A stretch of 61,344 nt of DNA from a virus (taxonomy: Duplodnaviria > Caudoviricetes), in IMG/VR virus record IMGVR_UViG_3300033153_010600, positions 1 through 61,344 of that record. One strand, 5' to 3'. Positions 30,697 to 40,701 of this stretch are shown here, in pieces. A program made the position numbers and the translations under genes. The notes under the pieces were generated by a model that saw only the letters and a list, made by a program, of their open reading frames with translations, ran no database searches and had not been told where the DNA came from. The first letter of the stretch is position 1. Each line of letters starts with the position of its first letter.

Positions 30697-31512
30697 ATGT
30701 GCGAATTTCTATCCGGCATAGTTACGATGGAGCGGTACCCTCGTGTGCTCTGCGCCGACCTACGGCATCACGAGCGCACGGTGGAGGCGTTCGATCTCAA
30801 GCCGGAAACGTACCGGGAGTGGGAATGGGTCGAGGACGACGACGGAGCCAGCCTCACGGTGCGTGCCGCGCCCGGCGAGAATCCCAGCGTGCTGAAGTCG
30901 GCCATCCTGGCGAAATACCCGACGCGGGGAGACGCGCTGAGGACTTGCGTTGCTCAGGCGTTGGAAAAAAGCGGTTCGCTCTACCTTCGCGATTGCAAGC
31001 TGCCTGACGGTTTGACGCTGCCCGAGACGATAGATGGTTGGCTCGACCTTCATGGTTGCGTATTGCCTGCTAGTCTAACGCTACCCAAAACAGTTGGTGG
31101 CTGGCTCAACCTCGACGGCTGCATGCTACCCGCCGGAGTGACGTTACCCGAGTCGATCGGCGGCTGGCTTGACCTCAACAACTCCGTGCTACCCGACGGA
31201 CTAACGCTACCCAAGTTGGTAGGCGATTCGCTCGACCTTCGCGGCTGCAATCTACCTGCTAGTCTGACGCTACCCAAGACAGTTGGCAGTTCACTCTACC
31301 TTTGCGATTGCGAGCTACCCAACGGATTGACATTACCCAAGTTGGTAGGCGGTTCGCTCGACCTTCGCGGTTGCAAGCTACCTGCTGGCCTGACGCTACC
31401 CGAGTCGATCGGCGGTTCGCTCGACCTTCGTCGCTGCACGCTAGCTGAGGGTCTGATATTGGACCTGAGCAAATATAGTGCGGTCCGCGCTGCACGTTGG
31501 CGAAGGGTTTAA
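30697..31512 (+). CDS. LRR-like repeat protein, paralog 4
   Basis: Same architecture; shortest repeat tract. Confidence 0.9.
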   Translation: MCEFLSGIVTMERYPRVLCADLRHHERTVEAFDLKPETYREWEWVEDDDGASLTVRAAPGENPSVLKSAILAKYPTRGDALRTCVAQALEKSGSLYLRDCKLPDGLTLPETIDGWLDLHGCVLPASLTLPKTVGGWLNLDGCMLPAGVTLPESIGGWLDLNNSVLPDGLTLPKLVGDSLDLRGCNLPASLTLPKTVGSSLYLCDCELPNGLTLPKLVGGSLDLRGCKLPAGLTLPESIGGSLDLRRCTLAEGLILDLSKYSAVRAARWRRV

Positions 31513-31589
31513 CATTGGACCTGAGCAAGTACCGCGTGATTCGCTAGGGTGTAACTACCCACTATCTAATTCGGGCAAAGGAACGCACC

Positions 31590-33251
31590 GTGAAGCGCGA
31601 CTGCGGACACGACAGTCCGTCGGGCCTGACTTGCAAGTGCGGGATGACATGGTGCCCTGACTGTTACGACAAGCACATTTGCCCCGAACCACTTCCCCCG
31701 CTGTGGCCGACGCAGGAGCGCGGCATACAGGCGATCCGCAATGCGTTCAGAGCAGGGCACCGACGAATACTCGTGACGGCTCCCTGCGGGGCCGGCAAGA
31801 CGCTTATGATGGCCATGATTGCCCGCGGCGTGCAGGAGAAGTCTCGCCGGGCGATCATCTACAGCAACCGCCGCATGCTCACAACGCAGACGAGCCGCAA
31901 GCTGCACCAAGCCGGCGTGGACCACGGCATGTTTCTCTCCGGCGAGCGGATGGCGTTCTTGCGGGACGTGCAGGTCGCCAGTATCCAGACGGTACACTCG
32001 TGGCTGAAGCGCAAGAAGATCGAGCTGCACCCGGCTGACGCTATAATGATAGACGAACCCCATGCGCAAAAAGGCGAAATGATGCGGTCGCTGATGGCCC
32101 AGCACCTAGAGCAGGGGGCCGTCATCATAGGCTTCACAGCAACGCCGGTCGACTTGGGGGGATACTACGACGTGCTGGTGGAGGCGGGCACGAAGCAGGA
32201 TCTCCGCGAGATCGGGGCGCTGGTGCCGGCCCGCACGTTCGGACCCGACGAGCCGGACCTGCGGCACGTCGGTATCGACAAGCTGGTCTATACGGTCGGC
32301 GAGCAGACGGAGGCAATCATCCGGCCGAAGGTGTTCGGCCGGATATGGGATAACTGGTCGCGGCTACAGAGGGATCTTTTTGGTGTGTTGAACCTACAGC
32401 AGGACGCCCGGCCGACGGTGCTTTTCGCCCCAGGCGTGCCGCACTCACGGTGGTTCGCGGAGCGGTTTGAACACCGTGGAGTCGCTGCCGCCCATATCGA
32501 CGCAACGACGCCCGACGACGAGCGGGCAGAGATCGAAGAGGGGTCGCGGGATGGACGCATCAAAGTCGTATGCAACCGATTCTTGCTACGGGAAGGGATT
32601 GATTGGCCCTGGATCGAACACATGATCCTTGCATGCGTGATGGGGTCAATCCAGACATGGGTGCAGGCTACCGGCCGGGGGCTGCGCGCGTGCCCGGATG
32701 TAGGCAAGCAGTTCGTAATCGTGCAAGATCACGGCGGCCATTGGCATCGCCACGGCGACATCAACGACGACATCGACTGGGTGCTCAGCGACACGTCGGT
32801 TGACGTGCATCGCAAGCGGCGGGAGGCCGTCCAGTCCGGCGAAGTCAAAGAAGACTTCCGATGCCCGCAGTGCGGCGAGATCATCAAGCCGTACGACCTC
32901 CAGCACTTCGGCGGCTGCCCGCATTGCGGCAAGAAATTCAAGCGGTCGGTCCGCGAGGTTGTCCAGGTGGACGGCACGCTCAAGCGAATGTACGGGCCGG
33001 CGAGGCCCCGTAGGCGCAAGCACCCGGTCAAGATGGATTCGGAGAAGCTGTGGGACAAGTGTTTCTGGGGCAGCATGCGGGCAAAGCGGAAGATGACGTT
33101 GGAGCAGACGAAGATGTGGTTCTATTCGGAGCGGCACAAGCGGGGCATGGGCGACGCCCAGCCGCCCTACGGGGCGTGGAACTGCCCGGAACAGGGGAGT
33201 ATCGACTGGACGCGGTACGTGCGTGAGGTGTACGCGAAGTACGTCAAATAG
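31590..33251 (+). CDS. SF2 helicase with Zn finger
   Basis: APCGAGKT, IDEPH, GFTATP, QATGRGLR, CPQC/CPHC. Confidence 0.92.
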   Translation: MKRDCGHDSPSGLTCKCGMTWCPDCYDKHICPEPLPPLWPTQERGIQAIRNAFRAGHRRILVTAPCGAGKTLMMAMIARGVQEKSRRAIIYSNRRMLTTQTSRKLHQAGVDHGMFLSGERMAFLRDVQVASIQTVHSWLKRKKIELHPADAIMIDEPHAQKGEMMRSLMAQHLEQGAVIIGFTATPVDLGGYYDVLVEAGTKQDLREIGALVPARTFGPDEPDLRHVGIDKLVYTVGEQTEAIIRPKVFGRIWDNWSRLQRDLFGVLNLQQDARPTVLFAPGVPHSRWFAERFEHRGVAAAHIDATTPDDERAEIEEGSRDGRIKVVCNRFLLREGIDWPWIEHMILACVMGSIQTWVQATGRGLRACPDVGKQFVIVQDHGGHWHRHGDINDDIDWVLSDTSVDVHRKRREAVQSGEVKEDFRCPQCGEIIKPYDLQHFGGCPHCGKKFKRSVREVVQVDGTLKRMYGPARPRRRKHPVKMDSEKLWDKCFWGSMRAKRKMTLEQTKMWFYSERHKRGMGDAQPPYGAWNCPEQGSIDWTRYVREVYAKYVK

Positions 33252-33272
33252 AAGGTATAATGGAGAGCAGCT

Positions 33273-33491
33273 GTGAGATACACGCTGTGGTTCCTGTCGT
33301 TGTTCATTGCCAGCATAGCTAGTTTCTGCGGCCTTATTTGCGCCTGGGCAGTAGCGGCCAACCTGGGCGGCTGGTGGTTGGTGGGAGCGTTGGCATGCCC
33401 GAACATTGCTATAATTGTCTTGTTGGGTCACATGCTGCAAGCCCGGCCGAATCGGCGTTGTCCAACGGGTTGCTCCCGTGACAACGGCTGA
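33273..33491 (+). CDS. Small membrane protein
   Basis: Two hydrophobic segments; stop lies inside the lone repeat. Confidence 0.5.
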   Translation: MRYTLWFLSLFIASIASFCGLICAWAVAANLGGWWLVGALACPNIAIIVLLGHMLQARPNRRCPTGCSRDNG

Positions 33492-33513
33492 AATTCGAGA
33501 AGTGTGTTGCGAG
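33478..33513 (+). repeat. Lone full CRISPR repeat
   Basis: GTGACAACGGCTGAAATTCGAGAAGTGTGTTGCGAG, 8 nt before ATG 33522. Confidence 0.9.
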
Positions 33514-33521
33514 CGAATGAG

Positions 33522-34529
33522 ATGACAACCGAATTGCTGACAACCGATCCGCCTCCCGGCCCGGGCGTTTACCCCGGCGTGCCTATGCGGGAGTACATGG
33601 CGTGGCCGTACATGAACGCCTCGACGCTCGTCCAGGCGTTCCCCGGCGGCGACCGCGAGATGATGTCGATGGCCCGGCTCAAGGCCGCGATCGACGGCCG
33701 GCTGCCCGGGCCGAGCGCCGCGATGTTGTTGGGGCAGGCGATCCACATGCGGCTTCTTGAGCCCGACAAGTTCGCGGCCACCTACGTCGTGGCCCAGCCT
33801 TGCGGGGCGACGATCCAGTCCAAGTCGTCCAAGAACTACGGCAAGCTGTGCGGGCGTATCGGCGATACGATGTACCGCGACGGTGAAGGGACGTGGTTCT
33901 GCTCGATGCACAATCCGGGCGGGCTGGAGCCGGAGGAAGACTTCCTGGACCCGGACACGGCCGCCGCAATCGAGGAGATCGTGGCCGTGATCGCCAAACG
34001 GAAGGTGGTCCAACTCCTCAAGGCGTTCGGTGGCTGCGAGGTGAGCTACGTCTGGGACCAGGCGGTGGAGTTCGCCGTTGGCGACGAGAGGCACGAGACG
34101 GTCGTGCGGATAAAGTGCCGCGTCGACAAGGACCTGACGGATTTGCCCCAACAGTACCCGAAGCTCCGGCCGCTGTTCGTGGACCTGAAGAAGGTGGGCC
34201 GCGACAGGTGGACCGACCGCAAAGTTCTCACGGCCGTCCACGACTACTGCTACGACATCAAGGCCGCGCTCTACCTAGACGGCGCAAGGGCCGTCGACGG
34301 CATCGAGCGGCAGTGGATATGGCTGGTCCTGGAGGACACGTATCCCTACCACACGAATGCGGTCGAGGCCCCGTCGGGAATGATCGAAACGGGTAGGGCG
34401 TGGTACAATAAGGTGCTGAGCGAATACGCGAGGTGCGTCTACCTTGCCGAGCAGGACGACTCGTTTCAATGGCCCGTGGCCTGCGAGAAGATACATTTCA
34501 GCCGTGACCCGTGGTGGGAGCCGCCGTGA
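33522..34529 (+). CDS. RecE/ExoVIII-like PD-(D/E)XK exonuclease
   Basis: AMLLGQAIHMRLLEP; IKCRVD..VDLK..YDIKAALYLDG; near recT. Confidence 0.85.
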   Translation: MTTELLTTDPPPGPGVYPGVPMREYMAWPYMNASTLVQAFPGGDREMMSMARLKAAIDGRLPGPSAAMLLGQAIHMRLLEPDKFAATYVVAQPCGATIQSKSSKNYGKLCGRIGDTMYRDGEGTWFCSMHNPGGLEPEEDFLDPDTAAAIEEIVAVIAKRKVVQLLKAFGGCEVSYVWDQAVEFAVGDERHETVVRIKCRVDKDLTDLPQQYPKLRPLFVDLKKVGRDRWTDRKVLTAVHDYCYDIKAALYLDGARAVDGIERQWIWLVLEDTYPYHTNAVEAPSGMIETGRAWYNKVLSEYARCVYLAEQDDSFQWPVACEKIHFSRDPWWEPP

Positions 34530-34954
34530 TGTATAAACAAGACATAAGAGACGTACTTCGCACGCTGGACAGTCTTGGTTCGGCCGACAGGATAGCAGCC
34601 GCGTTGCGGCAAGCTAGATGTTTTGGCGCGAAGTTTCCGGCGAATCATCCATTGGTCTACGCGCTAATCGAATACTATCCATGGGGGCTAGATGTATTTC
34701 CTAAGACGCGCGGGCCTTACGGCGAGTCGTCGAAACCGGACTGCGGAATACTGCTAAGTGACGGCATCGAAGGAGACGAGTGGCTGGACTGTAACGTGTG
34801 GCAGCATCTGAGCGAATTTATGGAAGTATTCGCGTCCACCGAATGCTACGACTTCCTGCTGCGAACGCCGTGCAATCATACCAAGGAATACCTGCGCACG
34901 GATTGGCATAGCATCGTAGGTATAATGAATAGTAAGGAAATACTACATACCTGA
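34529..34954 (+). CDS. Hypothetical protein
   Basis: Coupled ORF between the nuclease and recT. Confidence 0.55.
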   Translation: MYKQDIRDVLRTLDSLGSADRIAAALRQARCFGAKFPANHPLVYALIEYYPWGLDVFPKTRGPYGESSKPDCGILLSDGIEGDEWLDCNVWQHLSEFMEVFASTECYDFLLRTPCNHTKEYLRTDWHSIVGIMNSKEILHT

Positions 34955-34988
34955 GCACACAAACATCTATGTTGTGGGAGCCGCCGCA

Positions 34989-35807
34989 ATGAGAACCCGA
35001 TCGAGCGGGCTGATGTTGCCCGATCCGAAGAACGACATGGCCAAGTGCGTGACGGAGAACATTGACGGAGTGCTGTCGGTGCTCCGCGACGCGACGGACC
35101 GGCAGCGGTTCGCCTCGTCTGTTGTGATCGCCGCCAACTCGCTCAAGGCGCATTCGTGCCGGCCGGAGTCCGTGGTGATCGCATCTCTGCATGCCGCGAT
35201 GATTGGGCTGGTGCCCGGCCCGGCCGTTCGGCACTGCTACTTTATCCCTCGCAAGCTGCGGAGGGCGGACACCCTGGCCACGTGCCAGCTTGAGGTGGGC
35301 TACCAAGGCTACCTGCATCTCGTCTACGGATGCCGCTACCTCAAAGGCGTCTACTGCGATTGGGTGCTGCGGGGGGAAGAATTCCGACACGGGATGATTG
35401 GGGGCGTGCCGACCATCGAGCACGAGCCGGCCCCGGACCGGGACGACACGGCGGAGGCGCTGCGCAAGACGATGATCGGCGCGTACTGCTACTGGGAGAC
35501 GACGACGGGGTTCGGCAGCCATCGCTATCTGACGCGGAAGCAGATCGACGTGGTAGAGTCGTGCGGCGGCCCTGTCTGGAAGAGCCGCTTCTACGGCGAA
35601 ATGGTGCTCAAGACCCCGCTGCGCCGTGCGGCGAAATGGTGGAACCTCACGGAGCCGCTGTCGATGGCGCTGACGTTGGACGACCAGTTGGAGGCGGGCG
35701 AAGAGCAGAACATAGGGGCTGCGCTGCCGGCGATTTCGCCGGCCGGCGAGGAGCCTGTGGACCTTGACGACATGACCGGAGAGCCCGCCGATGCCGCCAC
35801 CGAATGA
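34989..35807 (+). CDS. recT: RecT-family annealing protein
   Basis: AAMIGLVP..CYFIP..CQLEVGYQGYLHLV..EMVLKTPLRRAAK. Confidence 0.88.
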   Translation: MRTRSSGLMLPDPKNDMAKCVTENIDGVLSVLRDATDRQRFASSVVIAANSLKAHSCRPESVVIASLHAAMIGLVPGPAVRHCYFIPRKLRRADTLATCQLEVGYQGYLHLVYGCRYLKGVYCDWVLRGEEFRHGMIGGVPTIEHEPAPDRDDTAEALRKTMIGAYCYWETTTGFGSHRYLTRKQIDVVESCGGPVWKSRFYGEMVLKTPLRRAAKWWNLTEPLSMALTLDDQLEAGEEQNIGAALPAISPAGEEPVDLDDMTGEPADAATE

Positions 35808-36009
35808 GTGGGACGCAGACGATACCACCCTGGAGGTTATGGAGGGCCGGATAGACGGCAGGCTGATCGTCATCCTGAAGATCGTCGGGCCAGACATGCG
35901 ACACTTCCTGGTATTTGACGATGCTGCCGAGCTGGGGATGTTTGCCCAGGCGATGGGCCTCGCCGCCCGGAAGATGGCGGAGGGAAACAATGGGCAGACG
36001 ACGTATTGA
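35791..36009 (+). CDS. Hypothetical protein
   Basis: Overlaps the recT end. Confidence 0.5.
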   Translation: MPPPNEWDADDTTLEVMEGRIDGRLIVILKIVGPDMRHFLVFDDAAELGMFAQAMGLAARKMAEGNNGQTTY

Positions 36010-36218
36010 GATTTCAGTCGGGCAACGGAGGGGAGACCTTGTGCCTAATTGAATAGGCGGAACGCTTCGGATTGATGCAGTATAATAGGGAGAGTTGTAG
36101 ATGCGTCAACCCCGGTAGGCGTTTCTGCTGAGATCTGAGAAGTGTGTTGCGAGCGAGAGCGGCTGAATCGCGGATGGCCGATTTAGCAGGCGCTTACCAA
36201 GCCGATAGGAGAACCATT

Positions 36219-37092
36219 ATGAGCAGATCGCAATGGGTCCGCGTCAGTCGACGCGAGCCTTGTCCGGTCTGTCATCCACAAGCCGGACTGGTGCCTTGTA
36301 ACTGGTCCTGAAGGATGTCGTACGGCCGTGATATGCGCCCGCGTCGAGAGCCCCAAGCGCTGCGGCGAGGCTGGCTGGCTCCACAAGCTGCGGGATGACT
36401 GGCGGAATTCGCCCCCGCCCAGACTCGATCCGAAGCCGGAGCGGCCAGAGCCGAAGCGGGACTTCGCGGCGTTCGCGGAGCTGTGCACGACACAGTTGCA
36501 CCGAGACGCCCTGGGGGCGTTTGCCGGGAAGATGGGGCTAAGCGTCGGCTCGCTCGTGCGGCTGGGGCTCGGCTGGTCGCTGGAACATAAGGCGTTCACG
36601 TTCCCAATGCGGCGGGGCTCCGACGGCAAGGTGGTGGGCATCCGGCTGCGTCTACGCAGCGGCCGGAAGCTGGCGGTCAAAGGCGGGAGGGAGGGGCTGT
36701 TTGTGCCGTCGGACACGCCGCGGACTGGCGAGCTGTACCTGCCGGAGGGGCCGACGGACACGGCGGCGCTGCTGGACATCGGCTGCGAGGCGGTAGGGCG
36801 GCCGAGTTGCAACGGCGGCATCCAACACATACTGTCGTTCATCGCGCGGTCGAAGTACGCCGGCATCTGCGTTGTGGCGGACGCGGACGCGCCGGGCCAG
36901 CAGTGGGCGAAGGTGTTGGCGGAAAAGCTGCTACCGTACGCCCCCCGGGTGTGGATCGTCACGCCGCCTGACGGACACAAGGACGTGAGAGACTGGGTGC
37001 GGGGGGGAGCGACAAAACGCAACATTGACGGCGCAGCCGTGCCGCAAGAAACTCGCAACACACTTCTTAGCACAAATGCATTGTACCATTAG
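36219..37092 (+). CDS. Primase (Zn finger + TOPRIM), frameshifted near 36275
   Basis: AGGAG + ATG 36219 MSRSQWVRVSRREPCPVC continues in another frame as HKPDWC..ICAR; EGPTDTAAL, VADADAPG, HKDVRDW. Confidence 0.8.
37052..37088 (-). promoter_or_regulatory. Promoter + repeat-handle cassette, antisense to the primase 3' end
   Basis: TGGTACAAT then GAAGTGTGTTGCGAG (37066-37052). Confidence 0.72.
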
Positions 37093-37122
37093 AGGCAGGA
37101 TGCGGCAATACAGGATAACCGA

Positions 37123-37530
37123 ATGAGCCGGCAGAAACGCATAGCGAAGGCACACCGCGAACTGTACGCCGCAATACCCGAGGTGAAAGGATGCACGCAC
37201 TGCGGCGAGTGCTGCGGGCCGGTGGTATGGTCGGCGTGGGAATGGTCGCGGGTGGAGCACCGCAAGCCGACCGAGCAGGACGCCCGGCTGCTGCGGTGCC
37301 CGTACTATCGGGCGAAGATATGCGACTGCTACGAGAATCGGCCGTTTCTGTGCCGGTTGTTCGGTGCCGCGGACAACCTGCGGTGCCCGAACGGAGCGCG
37401 GCCGGATCGGCTGCTTACGGCGGCCGAATCTAATGCCCTGATGGAAAAATACCTGACGCTGTGCAAACAGTCCGACGCAGGGGATCTGGTATTGTGCAAG
37501 GGGGAGGCACAACCAAATGAGACCGCATGA
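37123..37530 (+). CDS. YkgJ-family cysteine-cluster protein
   Basis: CTHCGECCG..CPY..CDCYENRPFLCRLFG. Confidence 0.85.
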   Translation: MSRQKRIAKAHRELYAAIPEVKGCTHCGECCGPVVWSAWEWSRVEHRKPTEQDARLLRCPYYRAKICDCYENRPFLCRLFGAADNLRCPNGARPDRLLTAAESNALMEKYLTLCKQSDAGDLVLCKGEAQPNETA

Positions 37531-37720
37531 CATACGTATGGGCGCGACGTATCGCGGTCGCGGCAAACGCAAGACGATTCGGACCGTGCTGTATATCGGC
37601 AGCTCTCCGCCGGAGCCGCCTCGCGTCATATACCGCGACTATCGCGGGCGCAGACGCGACACGTCCCTCACGTCGTTTGCGCGCTGGGCGGACGAGGAAG
37701 TTCTAGTGTACGTTGGATAA
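37517..37720 (+). CDS. Hypothetical protein
   Basis: GGAGG RBS; 67 aa. Confidence 0.55.
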   Translation: MRPHDIRMGATYRGRGKRKTIRTVLYIGSSPPEPPRVIYRDYRGRRRDTSLTSFARWADEEVLVYVG

Positions 37721-38320
37721 CCGATTTCAGCGGAGCCGGATTTCTCTGGCGAGTCGAATAGATAGACCGACCCTCCCTGGGCATCCCCGTACATGGTAGC
37801 CGTGATGACGCTCGTTGATTCTAGAAGACGCCCGGCTGTCTGCTTCGATCGGCCGGGACCGGTTCGGGCTTCTGCGACACAGGCTGGCAAGGCCCGTGTA
37901 GACCTACTGACGGCGTTCTGTTTGCCGGATGCCTTTTGGACCGGGACGCGGTCGGCGCGGTTGGATCGACTACCAGCTCGTTGCCCGGGAGAAGCCGCGA
38001 TGTGCGGCACAGAATACCTTTCGGCTGCATCGGCCCTCGGGCGGAGATATGCGCCCGCCGATTTGTATTCCGGCTCTTTTTGTGGGGTGAAAGTGCCGGC
38101 ACGACGTAACCCCTCTTCGAGAATCGGTCTCCGCCGAACTATTCGGCTGAATGTAGTATAATATGGGCTAGTGAACGTGTCAACCCCGGCAGGCGAGTCG
38201 GTCTCCGCCTTTGAGTCCCCCAATCGGCCGTAACCCCCGTGCGGGGGGCGAGCCGGGTTTTTCATGGCAACGGCTGAAATCCAAGAAGTGTATAGCGAGC
38301 AAAAGCGAAAGGACAATCGA

Positions 38321-38764
38321 ATGGCCGAAAAAGCACCTGAAGAGCGTTTGTGGGGCTGCATAGTACAAATCATGCTGATGGCGTTTTTCATCTATATCAT
38401 AGGCGTTCTTCTTGCGGCCCTGTTTAAGTCCGCGTCTATGCCGGACGTTACGCCGTCGTACAGGCCGCCTGCCACGCCGTCTTGGGACGACATGTATTCG
38501 TCGCCGGGGCCGTCGCGCAGCAGCGGTGCGACGACTGTCTCGACGTGTACTCTGGCCCCGTCGGCCTCGGCCTACAGGCAGGCCACCGACGCGGCGGCAC
38601 ACGGCAACGGGCTCGGCGTGGCGGCGACCGGCACGGTGATCCTGGAGAGCGGCACGCGGGTCAGGGTGCTCGGCTCGGGCGGGTTCATGCTGAAGCGGGT
38701 GGCCGTGCTGAGCGGACCCTATGCCGGAAAGACGGGCGTGGTTGCGTCGGAAAAAATCCGCTGA
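38321..38764 (+). CDS. Membrane-anchored hypothetical protein
   Basis: N-terminal TM; preceded by a degenerate full repeat at 38264-38299. Confidence 0.6.
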   Translation: MAEKAPEERLWGCIVQIMLMAFFIYIIGVLLAALFKSASMPDVTPSYRPPATPSWDDMYSSPGPSRSSGATTVSTCTLAPSASAYRQATDAAAHGNGLGVAATGTVILESGTRVRVLGSGGFMLKRVAVLSGPYAGKTGVVASEKIR

Positions 38765-38782
38765 GATATGGTATAATAGAAA

Positions 38783-39009
38783 TCAACGGGGTCCTCGCAG
38801 CCCCAATGAGAGGCGAGAAGTACCATGACACCCAAACGGCAATCACGGCGCATCCGTCCCCGATCATGTGCAAGCATGACGGGTGACGGTCGCCGGCTGA
38901 GCGGGTCCGGGCAACTCTCGCTGAAGGCTCCTGAAACAGGCCGGATATGCCGTGAGCCCGGCCGACACACTTCGCCTGGTGCGGTGATTCATCGCCGCAC
39001 CAGGTTTTT
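38783..39009 (+). ncRNA. Candidate tracrRNA
   Basis: TGGTATAAT 38769-77 upstream; CTCGCAG (38794-800) pairs with TTGCGAG; CGACACACTTC (38963-73) pairs with GAAGTGTGTTG; terminator follows. Confidence 0.8.
38975..39009 (+). terminator. Intrinsic terminator
   Basis: 13-bp stem CCTGGTGCGGTGA/TCGCCGCACCAGG with TTCA loop, then TTTTT. Confidence 0.88.
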
Positions 39010-39014
39010 ATTCT

Positions 39015-40676
39015 GGCTGAAATTCAAGAAGTGTGTTGCGAGGCACGGGGCGACCTGGACACGTCACACCTCGTGACGACGGCTGAAATCTGAGAAGTGT
39101 GTTGCGAGACCGAATCTCACCGTAGAGAAGAGCCTCTTTATAGGGTGGCGACAACGGCTGAAATCTGAGAAGTGTGTTGCGAGCGAGCAAACAAAAACGA
39201 AAGGGAAAGGAGAACGACATGGCGACTACAAGACAAGCGTTGTTGGAGCTGAAGAGGCTGGCGGCATCGGCCGCCGACAACCTGTACCGCCGCATCGAGC
39301 TGTCGGCGCAGGTGATGAGCGACCTGGACTGGATTGCCCGCGAGCACGGCGGTTCCGACTTGAAGGCCCAAGACACGTTGCAGGATCAGTTCTTCAGGGA
39401 CCTTGGCGGGTTCATCTCCCTCGGCAAGCTGATTGCGATGTTTCGCAACGTGCCGCAGGAGACGTGGGCCGAGCTGAAGTACGACGTGGCGGCCGTCGAA
39501 GTCGTCTACGACGACCAGGCCATCGAGAAGACGGAGAAGGGGACCAAGACCGCCTGGAAGCCCATTGCGGAGGAGAGGGGCGAAAAGATCGAACGCCTTC
39601 AGCGGCAGATGTCTCAGGTCAACGAGCTGGCCGATAAGCAGCGTTCGGAAATCGACGTGCTGCGGGCGAAGGTTGAAGAGCTGACCCGCGAGAACGAGCG
39701 TCTTCGGGGGCGCGTCGAGGAGCTTCAACGACTGCTCGATAGGCAGGTCGTGCAAGTGTGACGGGAAGTGTGTTGCGAGGGCGAGAACCGGCTTCAGCAC
39801 GTGGTCCCCGCAAGAGGTGACAACGGCTGAAAGCGGAGAAGTGTGTTGTGAGGACGGGGCGATTGCGGGTTGTGACGACGGCTGAAATTGGAGAAGTGTG
39901 TTGCGAGCCGAGTCTGTCCCCGAGGGTGACAACGGCTGAAAATCGAGAAGTGTGTTGCGAGACACGGCGCCCGCGCCCGTCTCGACGCCGCGAGCGACGT
40001 GACAATGGCTGAAAATCGAGAAGTGTGTTGCGAGCACCCGGCTCACGTCCACGCCGCCCGGGCCGGCCCGGTGACAATGGCTGAAATCCGAGAAGTGTGT
40101 TGTGAGAAGGTCACCCACCCTCCGAGTGGTGACAACGGCTGAAATCGGAGAAGTGTGTTGCGAGACCTCCCAGCGCCGCCCGCCGGGGTCGGACAGCTCG
40201 CCCGTGACAACGGCTGAAAATCGAGAAGTGTGTTGCGAGCCGAATAGGTCGGTAAGCTTGGTTGGGTGGTGCTCTCGTGACGATGGCTGAAATTCGAGAA
40301 GTGTGTTGCGAGCAGACCCCAATCGTGCAAGACCGCGACACTAAGGCACGTGACGACGGCTAAAATCTGAGAAGTGTGTTGCGAGCCGACGAAGAATCCC
40401 GCCGTCGCGAGGGAGATGGCCGTGACAACGGCTGAAATCTGAGAAGTGTGTTGCGAGCTGCCATCGTTACCCTTTCAGTCTGGTTATGTTACCCGTGACG
40501 ACGGCTGAAATCCGAGAAGTGTGTTGCGAGGCTTCGGAGTAGGCCAGCCGCCCGTCCAGGTCCGGGGTGATGACGGCTGAAAGTCGAGAAGTGTGTTGCG
40601 AGTGTCCATGATGCAATCGCAGGGGACGCTGCTGGAGGCGCTGACGACGGCTGAAATCGGAGAAGTGTGTAACGAG
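39015..40676 (+). CRISPR. CRISPR array B: 17 repeats (2 partial), 15 spacers, one embedded gene
   Basis: Consensus GTGACRAYGGCTGAAA....AGAAGTGTGTTGCGAG; degenerate last repeat 40641-76; spacers 18-39 nt. Confidence 0.95.
39219..39761 (+). CDS. Coiled-coil protein embedded in array B
   Basis: AAGGAG RBS, 180 aa, C-terminal LRAKVEELTRENERLRGRVEELQRLL; repeats on both sides. Confidence 0.8.
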   Translation: MATTRQALLELKRLAASAADNLYRRIELSAQVMSDLDWIAREHGGSDLKAQDTLQDQFFRDLGGFISLGKLIAMFRNVPQETWAELKYDVAAVEVVYDDQAIEKTEKGTKTAWKPIAEERGEKIERLQRQMSQVNELADKQRSEIDVLRAKVEELTRENERLRGRVEELQRLLDRQVVQV

Positions 40677-40701
40677 CAAACAAGCGAGGGAGCGAGGCAA
40701 A

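Noticed and set aside
27131-31512. Diversity-generating retroelement acting on the LRR genes
   Set aside because: No reverse transcriptase or template repeat seen, and variation is not obviously adenine-specific.
33522-34529. Cas4 adaptation nuclease
   Set aside because: Motifs and proximity to recT fit a RecE-like exonuclease; no cas1/cas2 nearby.
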